Shown: positions 42,235 through 51,772 of the stretch, piece by piece | Layout of the letters: each line of letters opens with the position of its first letter | Numbering within the stretch: position 1 is the stretch's first letter | Source of the DNA: Rhodoferax sp. | Lineage (GTDB): Bacteria; Pseudomonadota; Gammaproteobacteria; Burkholderiales; Burkholderiaceae_C | NCBI RefSeq assembly: GCF_023701345.1 | Contig: NZ_JAMPXE010000002.1 | Location: 14,109-78,108 of the forward strand | DNA: 64,000 nucleotides | Direction: 5' to 3' | Position numbers and translations under genes: made by a program | The notes under the pieces: generated by a model | The model's input: the letters and a program-made list of their open reading frames with translations, nothing else | What the model was told of the DNA's origin: nothing | Database searches by the model: none

Positions 42235-42662
42235 ACGAGTTTCTCCAGGACAGTTTTGAGGGGTTCGGGCAAGGGGGTGGGCCGGCGCGTTGCACGGTCC
42301 ACATAGACATGGATGAAGTGGCCCTTGGCGGCGGTCAAGGGGGCATCTTGCGCAAACAGCCCGACCTCAAAGCGCACACTGGAATTACCCAGGCGCGCCA
42401 GGCGAATGCCGGCCTCGACGGTTTGTGGAAACGCCAGCGGCTCGAAATAATTGCACTGGGTTTCGATCACCAGCCCAATGGTCTGACCGTGTTCGATGTC
42501 GAGCACGCCCTGCTCGATCAGGTAGGCGTTCACCGCCGTGTCAAACCAGCTGTAGTAAACGACATTGTTGACGTGACCATAGGCATCGTTGTCCATCCAG
42601 CGGGTGCTGATGGCGCGAAACACCTTGTAGGCGCTGCGCGGTTCAGGTTGTGGCTTGTGCAT
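42231..42662 (-). CDS. Acyl-CoA thioesterase (hotdog fold)
   Basis: RWMDNDAYGHVNNVVYYSWFD. Confidence 0.88.
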   Translation of the reverse strand: MHKPQPEPRSAYKVFRAISTRWMDNDAYGHVNNVVYYSWFDTAVNAYLIEQGVLDIEHGQTIGLVIETQCNYFEPLAFPQTVEAGIRLARLGNSSVRFEVGLFAQDAPLTAAKGHFIHVYVDRATRRPTPLPEPLKTVLEKLV

Positions 42663-42665
42663 GGG

Positions 42666-44105
42666 TCAGGATTTTCGGTCCTTTTCCTTGAGCAGGTCGC
42701 GCAGGCGCCTGGGAGCGGGTACCAGCGGCGTGCGGCTGCGCGTCCAGGCGCCCTGGTCGGACGGTGACAGGGCGCGGCCCCGGCTCATGAACCAGGATGC
42801 CAGCTTGTACAGGCCCGAGCGGCCATACACCTGGGCCCAGACATTCCAGACCGCTGTACTGGCTGCGGTGCGCCCGGCGCCGCTGCCGCGCAAGGTGGCC
42901 TCGTCGCTGTCAGGCTTGGCTTGCGAGGCATTGCGCAAGCGCACCAGGATATCGGTGATCGGTATCTTGACCGGGCAGACCTCAACGCAGGCCCCGCACA
43001 GGGTCGAGGCAAAGGCCAGCGGGTAAGTGGCATCCAGCCCCAGCATGTGCGGCGAGATGATGGCGCCGATCGGGCCCGGGTAAGTGGTGCCATAGGCGTG
43101 GCCGCCGATGCGCGCATACACCGGGCAATGGTTCATGCAGGCGCCGCAGCGGATGCATTTGAGGGTTTCGCGCAGTTCTTCATCGGCATAGGCCTGGGTG
43201 CGGCCGTTGTCGAGCAGGATCAGGTGCACTTCTTCGGGGCCGTCTTTTTCACCGGGCTGGCGCGGGCCGCTGATCAAATTGAAATAGGTGGTGACCGCCT
43301 GGCCGGTGGCCGAGCGCGACAGCAGGCTGTACAGCGGCGGCACATGCTCCAGCTTTTCCACCACTTTTTCAATGCCGGTGATGGCGATATGCACCTTGGG
43401 CACGGTGGTGCACATGCGACCGTTGCCTTCGTTTTCCACCAGGCACAGGGTGCCGGTTTCGGCCACGCAAAAGTTCACGCCCGACAAGCCGATGTCGGCA
43501 TCGGCAAACTTGCGCCGCAGCACCTTGCGACCAATGCGAATCAGGGCATCAACGTCTTCGGTATAGGCCACGCCCGGAATTTCTTCGGCAAACAGCTTGG
43601 CAATCGCCTGTTTGGTCTTGTGGATGGCCGGCATGATGATATGCGACGGCGCCTCGCCGGCGAGCTGCACGATGTACTCACCCATGTCGGATTCCAGCGC
43701 CTCGATACCGGCTGCCTCCATGGCGTGGTTAAAACCCACCTCTTCGCTCACCATCGACTTGCCCTTGATGATGCGTTTGGCCTTGACCCGCTGGGCAATA
43801 CCGAGGGCAATGGCGTTGGCCTCATCGGGGTTTTGCGCCCAGTGCACCTGGATGCCGTTGGCGGTGAGCCGGGCCTCAAGCTGCTCCAGCAGGCGCGGCA
43901 GGTTGGCCAAACTGTAGCGGCGAATTTGTGAACCCAGTTCGCGCAGACCCTGCAACTCTTGCTCATCGGGAAACTGGGCGCGCCGTTTGGCCTGCAGGAA
44001 GTCCATGGCGCCGCGAAAATTCTTGCGCTGACCCGGATCATTGAGCACACTGCGGCTGCGCTCCTTGAAGTCTTCCATCGGGTGGATCTTGATGACCTGG
44101 CTCAT
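42666..44105 (-). CDS. lutB: L-lactate utilization Fe-S protein (LutB/LldF)
   Basis: KGKSM, ESDMGEYIVQ, PSHIIMPAIH, CIRCGACMNHCP, CGACVEVCP. Start ATG 44105. Confidence 0.92.
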   Translation of the reverse strand: MSQVIKIHPMEDFKERSRSVLNDPGQRKNFRGAMDFLQAKRRAQFPDEQELQGLRELGSQIRRYSLANLPRLLEQLEARLTANGIQVHWAQNPDEANAIALGIAQRVKAKRIIKGKSMVSEEVGFNHAMEAAGIEALESDMGEYIVQLAGEAPSHIIMPAIHKTKQAIAKLFAEEIPGVAYTEDVDALIRIGRKVLRRKFADADIGLSGVNFCVAETGTLCLVENEGNGRMCTTVPKVHIAITGIEKVVEKLEHVPPLYSLLSRSATGQAVTTYFNLISGPRQPGEKDGPEEVHLILLDNGRTQAYADEELRETLKCIRCGACMNHCPVYARIGGHAYGTTYPGPIGAIISPHMLGLDATYPLAFASTLCGACVEVCPVKIPITDILVRLRNASQAKPDSDEATLRGSGAGRTAASTAVWNVWAQVYGRSGLYKLASWFMSRGRALSPSDQGAWTRSRTPLVPAPRRLRDLLKEKDRKS

Positions 44106-44824
44106 GCGGCTGCTCCTGGTTGGGCGGGGGCTGCGTGACGCAACAGCACCACCAGTTCGCGCGGGCCATGCGCACCGTAGGCCAGCGTTTGCTGGATGTC
44201 GGCGGTCTTGGACGGGCCGCAAATCAACAGCGCGTTGGTCGGCAAACTGTCCTTCCAGCCCTCGGTTGCCACCGCCGAATGAAAATCGGCATGGATGGTG
44301 GCCACATCCAGCAGCACAAAGTGCACCGACGGCACCAGCGACATCAGGCGCGGTTCGGCGGGCGTGGGCCACACAATCAGGCTGCCAATCTCGGCAATGG
44401 CGCTTTTGGCCAGCGTCAGCGAGGCATCGACCTCGTCAAACAGCACATCGCGCCAGGAATCAATGGACTCGGCATAACGTTTGAGTTCCAGGTTGGCGGG
44501 TTGACGCGCCTCCAATGCGGCACCGTGCGGCGTGTCAGTGCCAATGAGCAGATTGCGCAGGCCCTTGGCGGCGACCAGGCGCAACAAGAGATCGGGCCAA
44601 TCGGCAGCCGTGGTGTCGTGCACCTCGGTTTTGACGGCTTCCAGCGCGGCGCGCAGGCGGCTCACGCGCTGGGCGCTGTCTTCACTGCGCTGGTGCGCTT
44701 CAAACCAGGCCTTGACATCTGGCAAGGGCAGCGGCTCCGGCGTGGCCGTGGCGCGCAATCGGCCCAGGATGCTGCTGCGCGCGTTCGCTTCAGCCGCGCC
44801 GGTGGGGTTCAAGGTCGCGTTCAT
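44102..44824 (-). CDS. lutC: L-lactate utilization protein (LutC/LldG, LUD domain)
   Basis: IAEIGS, SLVPSVH, GPSKTADIQQTLAYGAHGP. Confidence 0.9.
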   Translation of the reverse strand: MNATLNPTGAAEANARSSILGRLRATATPEPLPLPDVKAWFEAHQRSEDSAQRVSRLRAALEAVKTEVHDTTAADWPDLLLRLVAAKGLRNLLIGTDTPHGAALEARQPANLELKRYAESIDSWRDVLFDEVDASLTLAKSAIAEIGSLIVWPTPAEPRLMSLVPSVHFVLLDVATIHADFHSAVATEGWKDSLPTNALLICGPSKTADIQQTLAYGAHGPRELVVLLRHAAPAQPGAAA

Positions 44825-45639
44825 GCGGCGTCTCCGGTGGCGGCTTGTTCAGCCGTTCGACGCCACAAAAAACTGGCCAGGTGTTCACCCGGCAACGTGG
44901 GCTGGGGCAAGCCAGCCAATTCGTCCTGCCTGGCAGCGCGACCGGTAATGTTGAGCAGGCAACCGCAGTCGGCGCTGACCACCAAGCCAGCCCCCGTGTC
45001 GCGGATGGCGGCCACCTTGTCGCTGACGATGGCCTCGGAAATATCGGGATAACGCATGGCAAAGGTACCGCCAAAGCCGCAGCACTCCTCAATGCGTACC
45101 TGTTCCTTCACGGTCACCTGCGCCATGCTGTCAAGCAGCGCCACACTGGTCTCATGCACGCCCATTTCGCGGCGCGCGTGGCACGAGGTGTGCAGCGCGA
45201 TGGTGCATGGCGCGCCCAGGTCTGGCTGGCTGAAATTGACCACATGCACCAGGAATTCACTGAGTTCATAGACCCGCTCCGACAGGTCCACCGCCTTGGC
45301 GTGCAACACCGGGTCGCCGGCAAACAGATGCGGGTAATGCTTGCGGATCATGCCGCCGCAAGAGCCCGATGGAATCACCACCGGCCAGGGCTCGACAAAC
45401 AGATTCAATTGCTGCAAGGCCACGGCACGTGCCTCCTCCGGAAAACCGCTGCTGTGGGCGGGCTGGCCGCAGCAGGTTTGCGCTTCCAGGTAATGCACCC
45501 GAATGCCTTCGCGCTCCAGCAGGCGTACCGTGTCCAGACCCGCCTCGGGCGCGAACTGGTCAATCAGACAGGTGGCAAACAGGTAGACATCGGTCGGTTT
45601 TGGCGGGTAGGTTCGCGCTTCAAAGGTGCTTAAGGTCAT
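44821..45639 (-). CDS. lutA: L-lactate utilization Fe-S oxidoreductase (LutA/LldE, CCG domains)
   Basis: FATCLID, QTCCGQP, PSGSC, HTSCH, CCGFGG, ADCGCL. Confidence 0.92.
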   Translation of the reverse strand: MTLSTFEARTYPPKPTDVYLFATCLIDQFAPEAGLDTVRLLEREGIRVHYLEAQTCCGQPAHSSGFPEEARAVALQQLNLFVEPWPVVIPSGSCGGMIRKHYPHLFAGDPVLHAKAVDLSERVYELSEFLVHVVNFSQPDLGAPCTIALHTSCHARREMGVHETSVALLDSMAQVTVKEQVRIEECCGFGGTFAMRYPDISEAIVSDKVAAIRDTGAGLVVSADCGCLLNITGRAARQDELAGLPQPTLPGEHLASFLWRRTAEQAATGDAA

Positions 45640-45746
45640 CTATCTTGTCTCCTCGTTGTGGCACGCGTTTGGCGCGCATGGCTGGATTGTGAAACATTTA
45701 GCCGTCTTGTTCTTGTGATATTCGCACGGGAGAGTTTTCAATAATT

Positions 45747-46697
45747 TCAAACGTCCAGACCGGCCTGTTGACCTGGATGCTGCTGCCAGCGCTGTGCATA
45801 AGACAGCCCCAGGCGAAAGGTGCGGCGTTGAATCCGGACGGTCTCTTCAATCTGCCTGCCATAGCCACCCGCCATCACGAACGCCACCGGAATCCGGCGC
45901 TCATGACACCAGTCAAACACGCGCCGATCCCGCGCCTCCAACCCGTCCTCGGTCAAGGCCAGGCGACCCAGGCGGTCACCCCGGTAGGGATCGGCACCGG
46001 CCAGGTACAGCACCAAGCCGGGCTCAAAGCGCTGGCTCAGCTCGAGCAGCGCCTGCTCCAGCGCGGCCAGGTACTCCGTATCGCCACAGCCATCAGGCAG
46101 CGCCACGTCCAGGTCGCTGGCCTCCTTGCGAAACGGAAAATTCTTGTCGCCATGCAGTGACAGCGTGAACACGCTGTCGTCTTGTTGAAAAATATGCGCC
46201 GTGCCATTGCCCTGATGCACATCCAGGTCGATCACCGCCACCTTCAGGGGCTGACGGTGTTGCCGCTGCCACTCTGCTTGCGCCAGACGTGCCGCCACCG
46301 CCACATCATTGAAAACACAAAATCCGCCGCCCTTGTCGGCGTAAGCATGGTGCGTGCCGCCTGCCAGATTGGCCGCCACGCCGGTTTGCAGTGCCGAGCG
46401 CACCGCCGCGACCGTGGCACCTACCGAGCGTCGCGCCCGCGCCACCATGAATTCGCTCCAGGGGAAGCCAATCTCGCGCATGGCAGCGGCACTGATCTGG
46501 CCGCTCACCAGGGTTTCGATGTACCCGGGCGTGTGCACCAGGGCCAATTGGCCGTCGCTGGCAGCGGGCGCCTCCAACAACGTCACCGCCGGCAGATGCT
46601 GCGCGATGGCTTCGCGCAGCATGGCGTATTTGGCCATCGGAAAACGATGTCCCGGCGGCAAGGGCAAGACAAAATGATCTGAATAAAAAGCCTGCAT
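45747..46697 (-). CDS. Histone deacetylase-family protein
   Basis: HRFPMAKY, GGTHHA, GFCVFND, DLDVHQGNG, AGAD, GGY. Confidence 0.9.
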   Translation of the reverse strand: MQAFYSDHFVLPLPPGHRFPMAKYAMLREAIAQHLPAVTLLEAPAASDGQLALVHTPGYIETLVSGQISAAAMREIGFPWSEFMVARARRSVGATVAAVRSALQTGVAANLAGGTHHAYADKGGGFCVFNDVAVAARLAQAEWQRQHRQPLKVAVIDLDVHQGNGTAHIFQQDDSVFTLSLHGDKNFPFRKEASDLDVALPDGCGDTEYLAALEQALLELSQRFEPGLVLYLAGADPYRGDRLGRLALTEDGLEARDRRVFDWCHERRIPVAFVMAGGYGRQIEETVRIQRRTFRLGLSYAQRWQQHPGQQAGLDV

Positions 46698-46806
46698 GGC
46701 GTTATTTTGGCTTGATGACAAAACTGGCATTTTGAGACTTTGCGGGTCAGACCACCCGCACAGCGACGTGCTCTGACCCCAGATGATTAGGAATTAGTCT
46801 CTAATT

Positions 46807-46880
46807 TGCTGCAATGCAACAAAAAAAGCTTGCGCAGACTTGGGATCCCCCTATAATTCAAACCATGCTGCACTGCAACA
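46807..46880 (+). promoter_or_regulatory. Phasin promoter flanked by two PhaR-type TGC-rich boxes
   Basis: TGCTGCAATGCAACA (46807-21) and TGCTGCACTGCAACA (46866-80), 14/15 identical, flank TTGCGC (46830-35)-16 bp-TATAAT (46852-57). Confidence 0.65.
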
Positions 46881-46942
46881 TAAACCGGGTTCACTCAGTT
46901 TCGGCGCAGATACCTTTTTACTAAACCTCTGGAGAATTGATT

Positions 46943-47479
46943 ATGCTGACCGTAGAACAAGTGATGGCCTCACAAAAAGCCAATGTTGAAACCCTGTTGG
47001 GCCTGACTTCCAAAGCCTTTGAAGGCGTGGAAAAGATTGTTGAACTCAACCTGAGCGCGTCCAAAGCTGCTTTGGCTGAAACCGGTGACGCCGCCAAGGC
47101 CATGTTGAGCGTCAAAGATGCCCAGGAATTGCTGGCACTGCAATCCGGCCTGCTGCAACCCCTGGCTGAAAAGACCGCTGCTTACAGCCGTCACCTGTAC
47201 GAAATCGCGACCGGCGCTTCCAGCGAGTTCACCAAGGCTTTTGAAAGCCAGGCTGCTGAAGCCCAGCAACAATTTGCCGGTATGGTTGAAGCCGCCGCCA
47301 AAAACGCACCTGCCGGTTCTGAAACCGCAGTGGCGGTGATGAAGAGCTCGGTGGCTGCTGCTACCAGTGCCCTGGAGTCCGTGCAAAAAGCGGTCAAGCA
47401 AGCCACTGACGTGGCCGAAGCCAACTTCAATGCCGTGGCGGCCACCGCTACCACCAAACCTGCTGCTAAAAAGCGTTAA
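46943..47479 (+). CDS. phaP: Phasin (PHA granule protein)
   Basis: [50 protein letters not shown]. Confidence 0.9.
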   Translation: MLTVEQVMASQKANVETLLGLTSKAFEGVEKIVELNLSASKAALAETGDAAKAMLSVKDAQELLALQSGLLQPLAEKTAAYSRHLYEIATGASSEFTKAFESQAAEAQQQFAGMVEAAAKNAPAGSETAVAVMKSSVAAATSALESVQKAVKQATDVAEANFNAVAATATTKPAAKKR

Positions 47480-47571
47480 TGTTTGAGTCCGGCAAGTCAA
47501 ACATCAAATTAATTTAAGAATTTGACTTTAAAACCAAGGGGAAACCCTGGCTTGCTTGGTATCATTTGGAA

Positions 47572-47675
47572 TATCGAAAACGAAAGTTTTCCAACCGTTG
47601 TCTCCTCGGGTCCTTTCGAAACCTTCAGGTTCAGGGACTCCTTAAGGGTTGGTCGCAAGACCAACCCTTTTTTTT
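47572..47675 (+). ncRNA. Candidate small RNA with an anti-SD GUUGUCUCCUC seed (resembles betaproteobacterial 'toxic sRNA' architecture)
   Basis: 5' hairpin GAAAAC-GAAA-GTTTTC (47576-91), seed at 47597-47607, second stem, then a strong terminator. TATCAT -10-like hexamer at 47560-65. Confidence 0.6.
47644..47675 (+). terminator. Rho-independent terminator
   Basis: AAGGGTTGGTC-GCAA-GACCAACCCTT, a perfect 11-bp stem running into a T-tract. Confidence 0.9.
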
Positions 47676-47687
47676 GCTCTGTTCAGA

Positions 47688-48623
47688 TCAGGTCGGTGCA
47701 TCCGTCATGGTTCCCGTCAGGGTACCACCGAGCAGTTCAGGCAGGCGATCGATCGGCATCTTGAATCCACTGGCCTGGGCATGGCCACCCCCACCCATGC
47801 TGGCCGCCAGGGGAATGCAATTGAAATCAGACCTGGAGCGCAGGCCGCACTTGACCACCCCTTTTTTGTCGACACTCCAGAGCAAGGCAAAGGTGCCGGA
47901 TTTCCGACACAGCAAATCACCCACCAGACTGTGAAAGACACCGGGTGCATTGACCATCAGTCCAGCCACGCCATTGAAGACCACGGGGCTCGCCGCATCA
48001 GCGATCAATTCGGCCAGCTTTGAAAACTTCTCGTCCATGGCGTGGCCACGTTCGATGAAGGCCGCCAGTTGCACGGCATCCATTTGTGCAATGTACTGCC
48101 AGCGCGCAAAGTCAAACGGCTCCATGTCGAGGGCCGCCAGAAAACTGGCACTTTCAGGATATTGCCAGACCCAGATGTCACGGTCTTCGACAAACCGGAC
48201 CAGATCCGGCACTGGATGTGCCGGATGGAAAAACTCCCAGGCCAATCGGGCGCCCGACTTCTTCATGTCGAAGTGCACCACACCGCAGCAACACACAAAA
48301 CCGGTCAGTTTCTCCGCCGCGCTCAGGTGATGGTCCAGCATGACCAGCTTGGCGGCGCGTTCTTCAATGGCGCGCAAAATAGCTTCACCAAAGGAAAAGT
48401 CCAAAATGTACACGGCGCGCCCGGCCAGCGCCGGCAAGTCATCCACCGACCGGACATCCCCATGGTCGAGGGCCAAAAATTCGGCCTTGCCATGGTAATA
48501 CGTCCAGGCCGCCAGCGCTGCAGCAAAGCCGTCCGGGCAGGTGTGGCCATGGTAAATGATGAGGGGCTGAGGGTCGTTTGGGTCGGGCTTGACCAGCAAG
48601 CTCAGTGGCAATATGGATTTCAT
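47688..48623 (-). CDS. DHH/DHHA1-family phosphoesterase
   Basis: YHG..CPDG, ILDF, LDHH, GGGGHAQASG. Confidence 0.85.
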   Translation of the reverse strand: MKSILPLSLLVKPDPNDPQPLIIYHGHTCPDGFAAALAAWTYYHGKAEFLALDHGDVRSVDDLPALAGRAVYILDFSFGEAILRAIEERAAKLVMLDHHLSAAEKLTGFVCCCGVVHFDMKKSGARLAWEFFHPAHPVPDLVRFVEDRDIWVWQYPESASFLAALDMEPFDFARWQYIAQMDAVQLAAFIERGHAMDEKFSKLAELIADAASPVVFNGVAGLMVNAPGVFHSLVGDLLCRKSGTFALLWSVDKKGVVKCGLRSRSDFNCIPLAASMGGGGHAQASGFKMPIDRLPELLGGTLTGTMTDAPT

Positions 48624-48643
48624 TGGCTAAATATAATTGATCG

Positions 48644-48940
48644 ATGAGTGTAGACAAGAACCCGACAATTTTCACTGGCTTCGCCGAACCCGATGCCCGC
48701 CAGTTTGATGCCTGGTCGCATCAGCCGCTGCTGATGTCAATGGAACAAGGTGGTATCGACTGGCCAAGCTCCTGCCGCAACGGCACCTGCCGCACCTGTT
48801 TCAGCAAGCTGGACAGTGGTCAGGTGCACTACCAGATCGAGTGGCCGGGTTTGAGCGCCGAAGAAAAAGACGACGGCTACGTGCTGCCCTGTGTGGCCTA
48901 CCCCTGCTCGGACGTGGTGCTGCGGCACGAAGCTTTTTGA
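48644..48940 (+). CDS. 2Fe-2S ferredoxin-like protein
   Basis: SSCRNGTCRTC ... LPCVA (C-x4-C-x2-C-x29-C type). Confidence 0.85.
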   Translation: MSVDKNPTIFTGFAEPDARQFDAWSHQPLLMSMEQGGIDWPSSCRNGTCRTCFSKLDSGQVHYQIEWPGLSAEEKDDGYVLPCVAYPCSDVVLRHEAF

Positions 48941-48942
48941 AA

Positions 48943-49902
48943 TCAGCGTGATGAGCGTAAATCCGGGCGCGGGACTTTTTTGAACCTGATTTTTCGGTCC
49001 AGTTCGATCGCATCCTTTTTCACCTGACGCTGGGCATCCAGCGTTTTCCCCACAGCCAGCCACTGGGCAAATTCTTCGGGTGTCTCCAGCGTCATGCGAC
49101 CGATCACGCCCGAGCGAAAGTCGTAGATCGCAATCTCGGCGGCCTTTTGCAGATTAACCTTTTTGCCACCCTGCAAAGCGCCGCGCTGGCGACCAATCGC
49201 TTCCAGCAACAGCTCATCTGTCATGGCGGCCACACCCGTGAGCTTGAAGCGGGCCTCCAGCAGCGCCGGGTAATGCGTTTTTAAATAATCCAGCAGTTCC
49301 AGCGCCGCTTCTTCTTCATCAAAGGCATTGCGACCAATGGCGCCACTGGCGGCCAGGTTGTAGCCACTCTTGGCCACAATGATGCGCGGCCACAACATGC
49401 CCGGCGTGTCGTACAGATAAAAGTCGTCGGCCAGGCTGATGCGCTGCTCCAGCTTGGTGATGCCGGCTTCATCGCCAGTCTTGGCAGCGCGCTTGGCGGT
49501 GAGCGTATTGATCAGGGTCGATTTGCCCACGTTGGGAATGCCGCAGATCAGCACCCGCATCGGCTTGACCATGCCACCGCGGTTGGGCGCCAGCTCAAAA
49601 CAGGCTTTGACCAGTGCCTTGGCGGGCGCCGCCATGCTGGCGTCCAGCCCGATGGCGCGGGTGCCGCTCTGGCTGTTGTAATGCGCCAGCCACTGCACGG
49701 TGCGCTCCGGGTCGGCCAGGTCCTGCTTATTCAGGACCTTGAGTGTCGGTTTGCCCTGCGTCAGCTCAGCCAGCATCGGGTTGGCGCTGGATCCGGGCAG
49801 GCGGGCGTCGAGCAATTCGATCACGACATCGATGTTTTTGACGCGTTCGGCTATCGCCTTTTGCGTCAGGTGCATGTGGCCGGGAAACCATTGAATTGCC
49901 AT
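48943..49902 (-). CDS. rbgA: Ribosome biogenesis GTPase
   Basis: IQWFPGHM, LDARLP, NKQDL, GIPNVGKST, DTPG. Confidence 0.93.
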   Translation of the reverse strand: MAIQWFPGHMHLTQKAIAERVKNIDVVIELLDARLPGSSANPMLAELTQGKPTLKVLNKQDLADPERTVQWLAHYNSQSGTRAIGLDASMAAPAKALVKACFELAPNRGGMVKPMRVLICGIPNVGKSTLINTLTAKRAAKTGDEAGITKLEQRISLADDFYLYDTPGMLWPRIIVAKSGYNLAASGAIGRNAFDEEEAALELLDYLKTHYPALLEARFKLTGVAAMTDELLLEAIGRQRGALQGGKKVNLQKAAEIAIYDFRSGVIGRMTLETPEEFAQWLAVGKTLDAQRQVKKDAIELDRKIRFKKVPRPDLRSSR

Positions 49903-49933
49903 GTTTTATAAATCCAGTTTGAACCGCAGCCCA

Positions 49934-50353
49934 TCAATGCTCATGCAGAACCCGGGCACGCGTGGCCTTGACCTCGGAGCGCTGTGTCTTGGCCTGGCGC
50001 ACCCGCCTGACTGAGGCGCGCGTCGGTTTGGTGGGTTTGCGCGTTTTGGGCGGCTGCGCCACGCTGTTGACCAGTTCGTGCAGGCGAATCAACGCGTCAA
50101 AACGGTTCATCTCCTGGGTGCGGTGCTGCTGCGCCTTGAGCACCAGAATGCCGTCCTTGGTAATGCGACTGTCATGCAGCGCCAGCAAACGCTCCTTGAC
50201 GTCGTCGGGCAGGCTCGATGCAGCTATGTCAAAACGCAAATGGATCGCGCTGGATACCTTGTTGACGTTTTGCCCGCCCGCGCCCTGCGCCCGGATGGCC
50301 GAGAGTTCAACCTCGTCCTCGCGCACATGTAAAGGCTCTGCATTCACGGTCAT
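49934..50353 (-). CDS. arfB: Alternative ribosome rescue peptidyl-tRNA hydrolase
   Basis: AQGAGGQNVNK (GGQ motif) and a basic C-terminal tail. Confidence 0.92.
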   Translation of the reverse strand: MTVNAEPLHVREDEVELSAIRAQGAGGQNVNKVSSAIHLRFDIAASSLPDDVKERLLALHDSRITKDGILVLKAQQHRTQEMNRFDALIRLHELVNSVAQPPKTRKPTKPTRASVRRVRQAKTQRSEVKATRARVLHEH

Positions 50354-50358
50354 CCCAG

Positions 50359-51759
50359 TCACACCAACGAAGCGGTAGGATTTGTCTCTGGCGCATGCAC
50401 ATAACGCGCCACAAACGCACCCACGGCAGTTTCCGGCAGCGGCAACCACACGGTGTGGCCACTGCCTGGCGCCACCGCCACGGCGCTGCCGTCAGCGCTT
50501 TCCATGCGGTTGATCTGCACATCAAAATTGCCATCCGGGTGGATGATCTCGAGCCAGTCGTTCACGGCAAATCGGTTGCGCACGTTCACCTGCATCAGGC
50601 CGCGCGCGGCGTCAAACGCCACGGCATCGCCCACGTACAAGCTGCGACCCGACTCCGAGTAACCGCGCAAATAATTTTGCGTGGCTTCGGGACTGTGGCG
50701 CTGGAAAAAACCCGAGGTGTAGCCGCGGTTGGCCAGCCCTTCGAGCTGCCCCAACAGCGCCGGGTCCAGTTCGCGTCCGGCCACCGCGTCGTCTATCGCG
50801 CGGCGATAGCTTTGCACCGTGCGCGCCACGTAATACGGGCTCTTGGTGCGGCCCTCGATCTTGAGCGAATCGACACCAATTTCCACCAGCCGCTTGACGT
50901 GCTCGATGGCGCGCAGGTCCTTGGAATTCATCACGTAGGTGCCGTGCTCGTCTTCCTCGATCGGCATGTAACTGCCCTCGCGCTGGCTTTCCTCAAGCAT
51001 GTAGACCTGGTCGGCTTCGGGCGCACGTTCAATGTGACCCTGCCCTGGCAACACGCCACCGCCGGTTCGCTCGTCCTGTTCGCGTTCACGCGCCATCGCC
51101 GCCTGGCGTGTCAGCACGTCGCCCGAGGCATCGACCACGCCTTTTTGCGTCTTGTAGTCCCAGCGGCAGGAATTGGTGCAACTGCCCTGGTTGGCGTCGC
51201 GGTGGTTGAAGTAGCCCGACAGCAGGCAGCGGCCCGAATAGGCAATACACAAGGCGCCGTGCACAAACACTTCGAGTTCGGTGTCCGGGCAATCCTGGCG
51301 AATCTGCGCCACCTGGTCCAGCGACAACTCGCGCGACAGGATGACCCGGCTGATGCCGACGGTTTTCCAAAACCTGACAGCGGCGGAATTCACCGTGTTG
51401 GCCTGCACCGACAGATGGATTTCCATCTCGGGCCAGGTTTCGCGCACCATCATGATGAGGCCGGGGTCGGACATGATCATGGCATCGGGCTTCAAGGCAA
51501 TCACCGGCGCCATGTTGTCGATGTAGCTCCTGATCTTGTTGCCGTGCGGGAAGATGTTGGACACCAGGAAAAATTTGGCGCCTTTGGCATGGGCCGTGTC
51601 AATGCCCTGCTTCAAGACCTCAATGGCACCGAAGTCGTTGTTGCGCACGCGCAGGGAATAGCGCGGCTGGCCTGCATAAATGGCCGTGGCGCCAAAGGCC
51701 AGCGCCGTTTCCAGCATGGCCAAGGAGCCTGCCGGGGCCAACAGTTCAGGGGTTTTCAT
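50359..51759 (-). CDS. trhP: tRNA 5-hydroxyuridine modification protein (peptidase U32 family, YegQ)
   Basis: PELLAPAG, YSLRVRNN, HLSVQAN, HGALCIAYSGRCLLSGY, CTNSCRW, KIEGRTKS. Confidence 0.88.
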   Translation of the reverse strand: MKTPELLAPAGSLAMLETALAFGATAIYAGQPRYSLRVRNNDFGAIEVLKQGIDTAHAKGAKFFLVSNIFPHGNKIRSYIDNMAPVIALKPDAMIMSDPGLIMMVRETWPEMEIHLSVQANTVNSAAVRFWKTVGISRVILSRELSLDQVAQIRQDCPDTELEVFVHGALCIAYSGRCLLSGYFNHRDANQGSCTNSCRWDYKTQKGVVDASGDVLTRQAAMAREREQDERTGGGVLPGQGHIERAPEADQVYMLEESQREGSYMPIEEDEHGTYVMNSKDLRAIEHVKRLVEIGVDSLKIEGRTKSPYYVARTVQSYRRAIDDAVAGRELDPALLGQLEGLANRGYTSGFFQRHSPEATQNYLRGYSESGRSLYVGDAVAFDAARGLMQVNVRNRFAVNDWLEIIHPDGNFDVQINRMESADGSAVAVAPGSGHTVWLPLPETAVGAFVARYVHAPETNPTASLV

Positions 51760-51772
51760 GGCGTGTATCAAT

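Noticed and set aside
45659-45673. TGGCACGCGTTTGGC, a GG-N10-GC match
   Set aside because: It points away from lutA, into the 3' end of a convergent gene, with no sense gene to drive and no activator site seen. It is probably chance, although an antisense promoter cannot be excluded.
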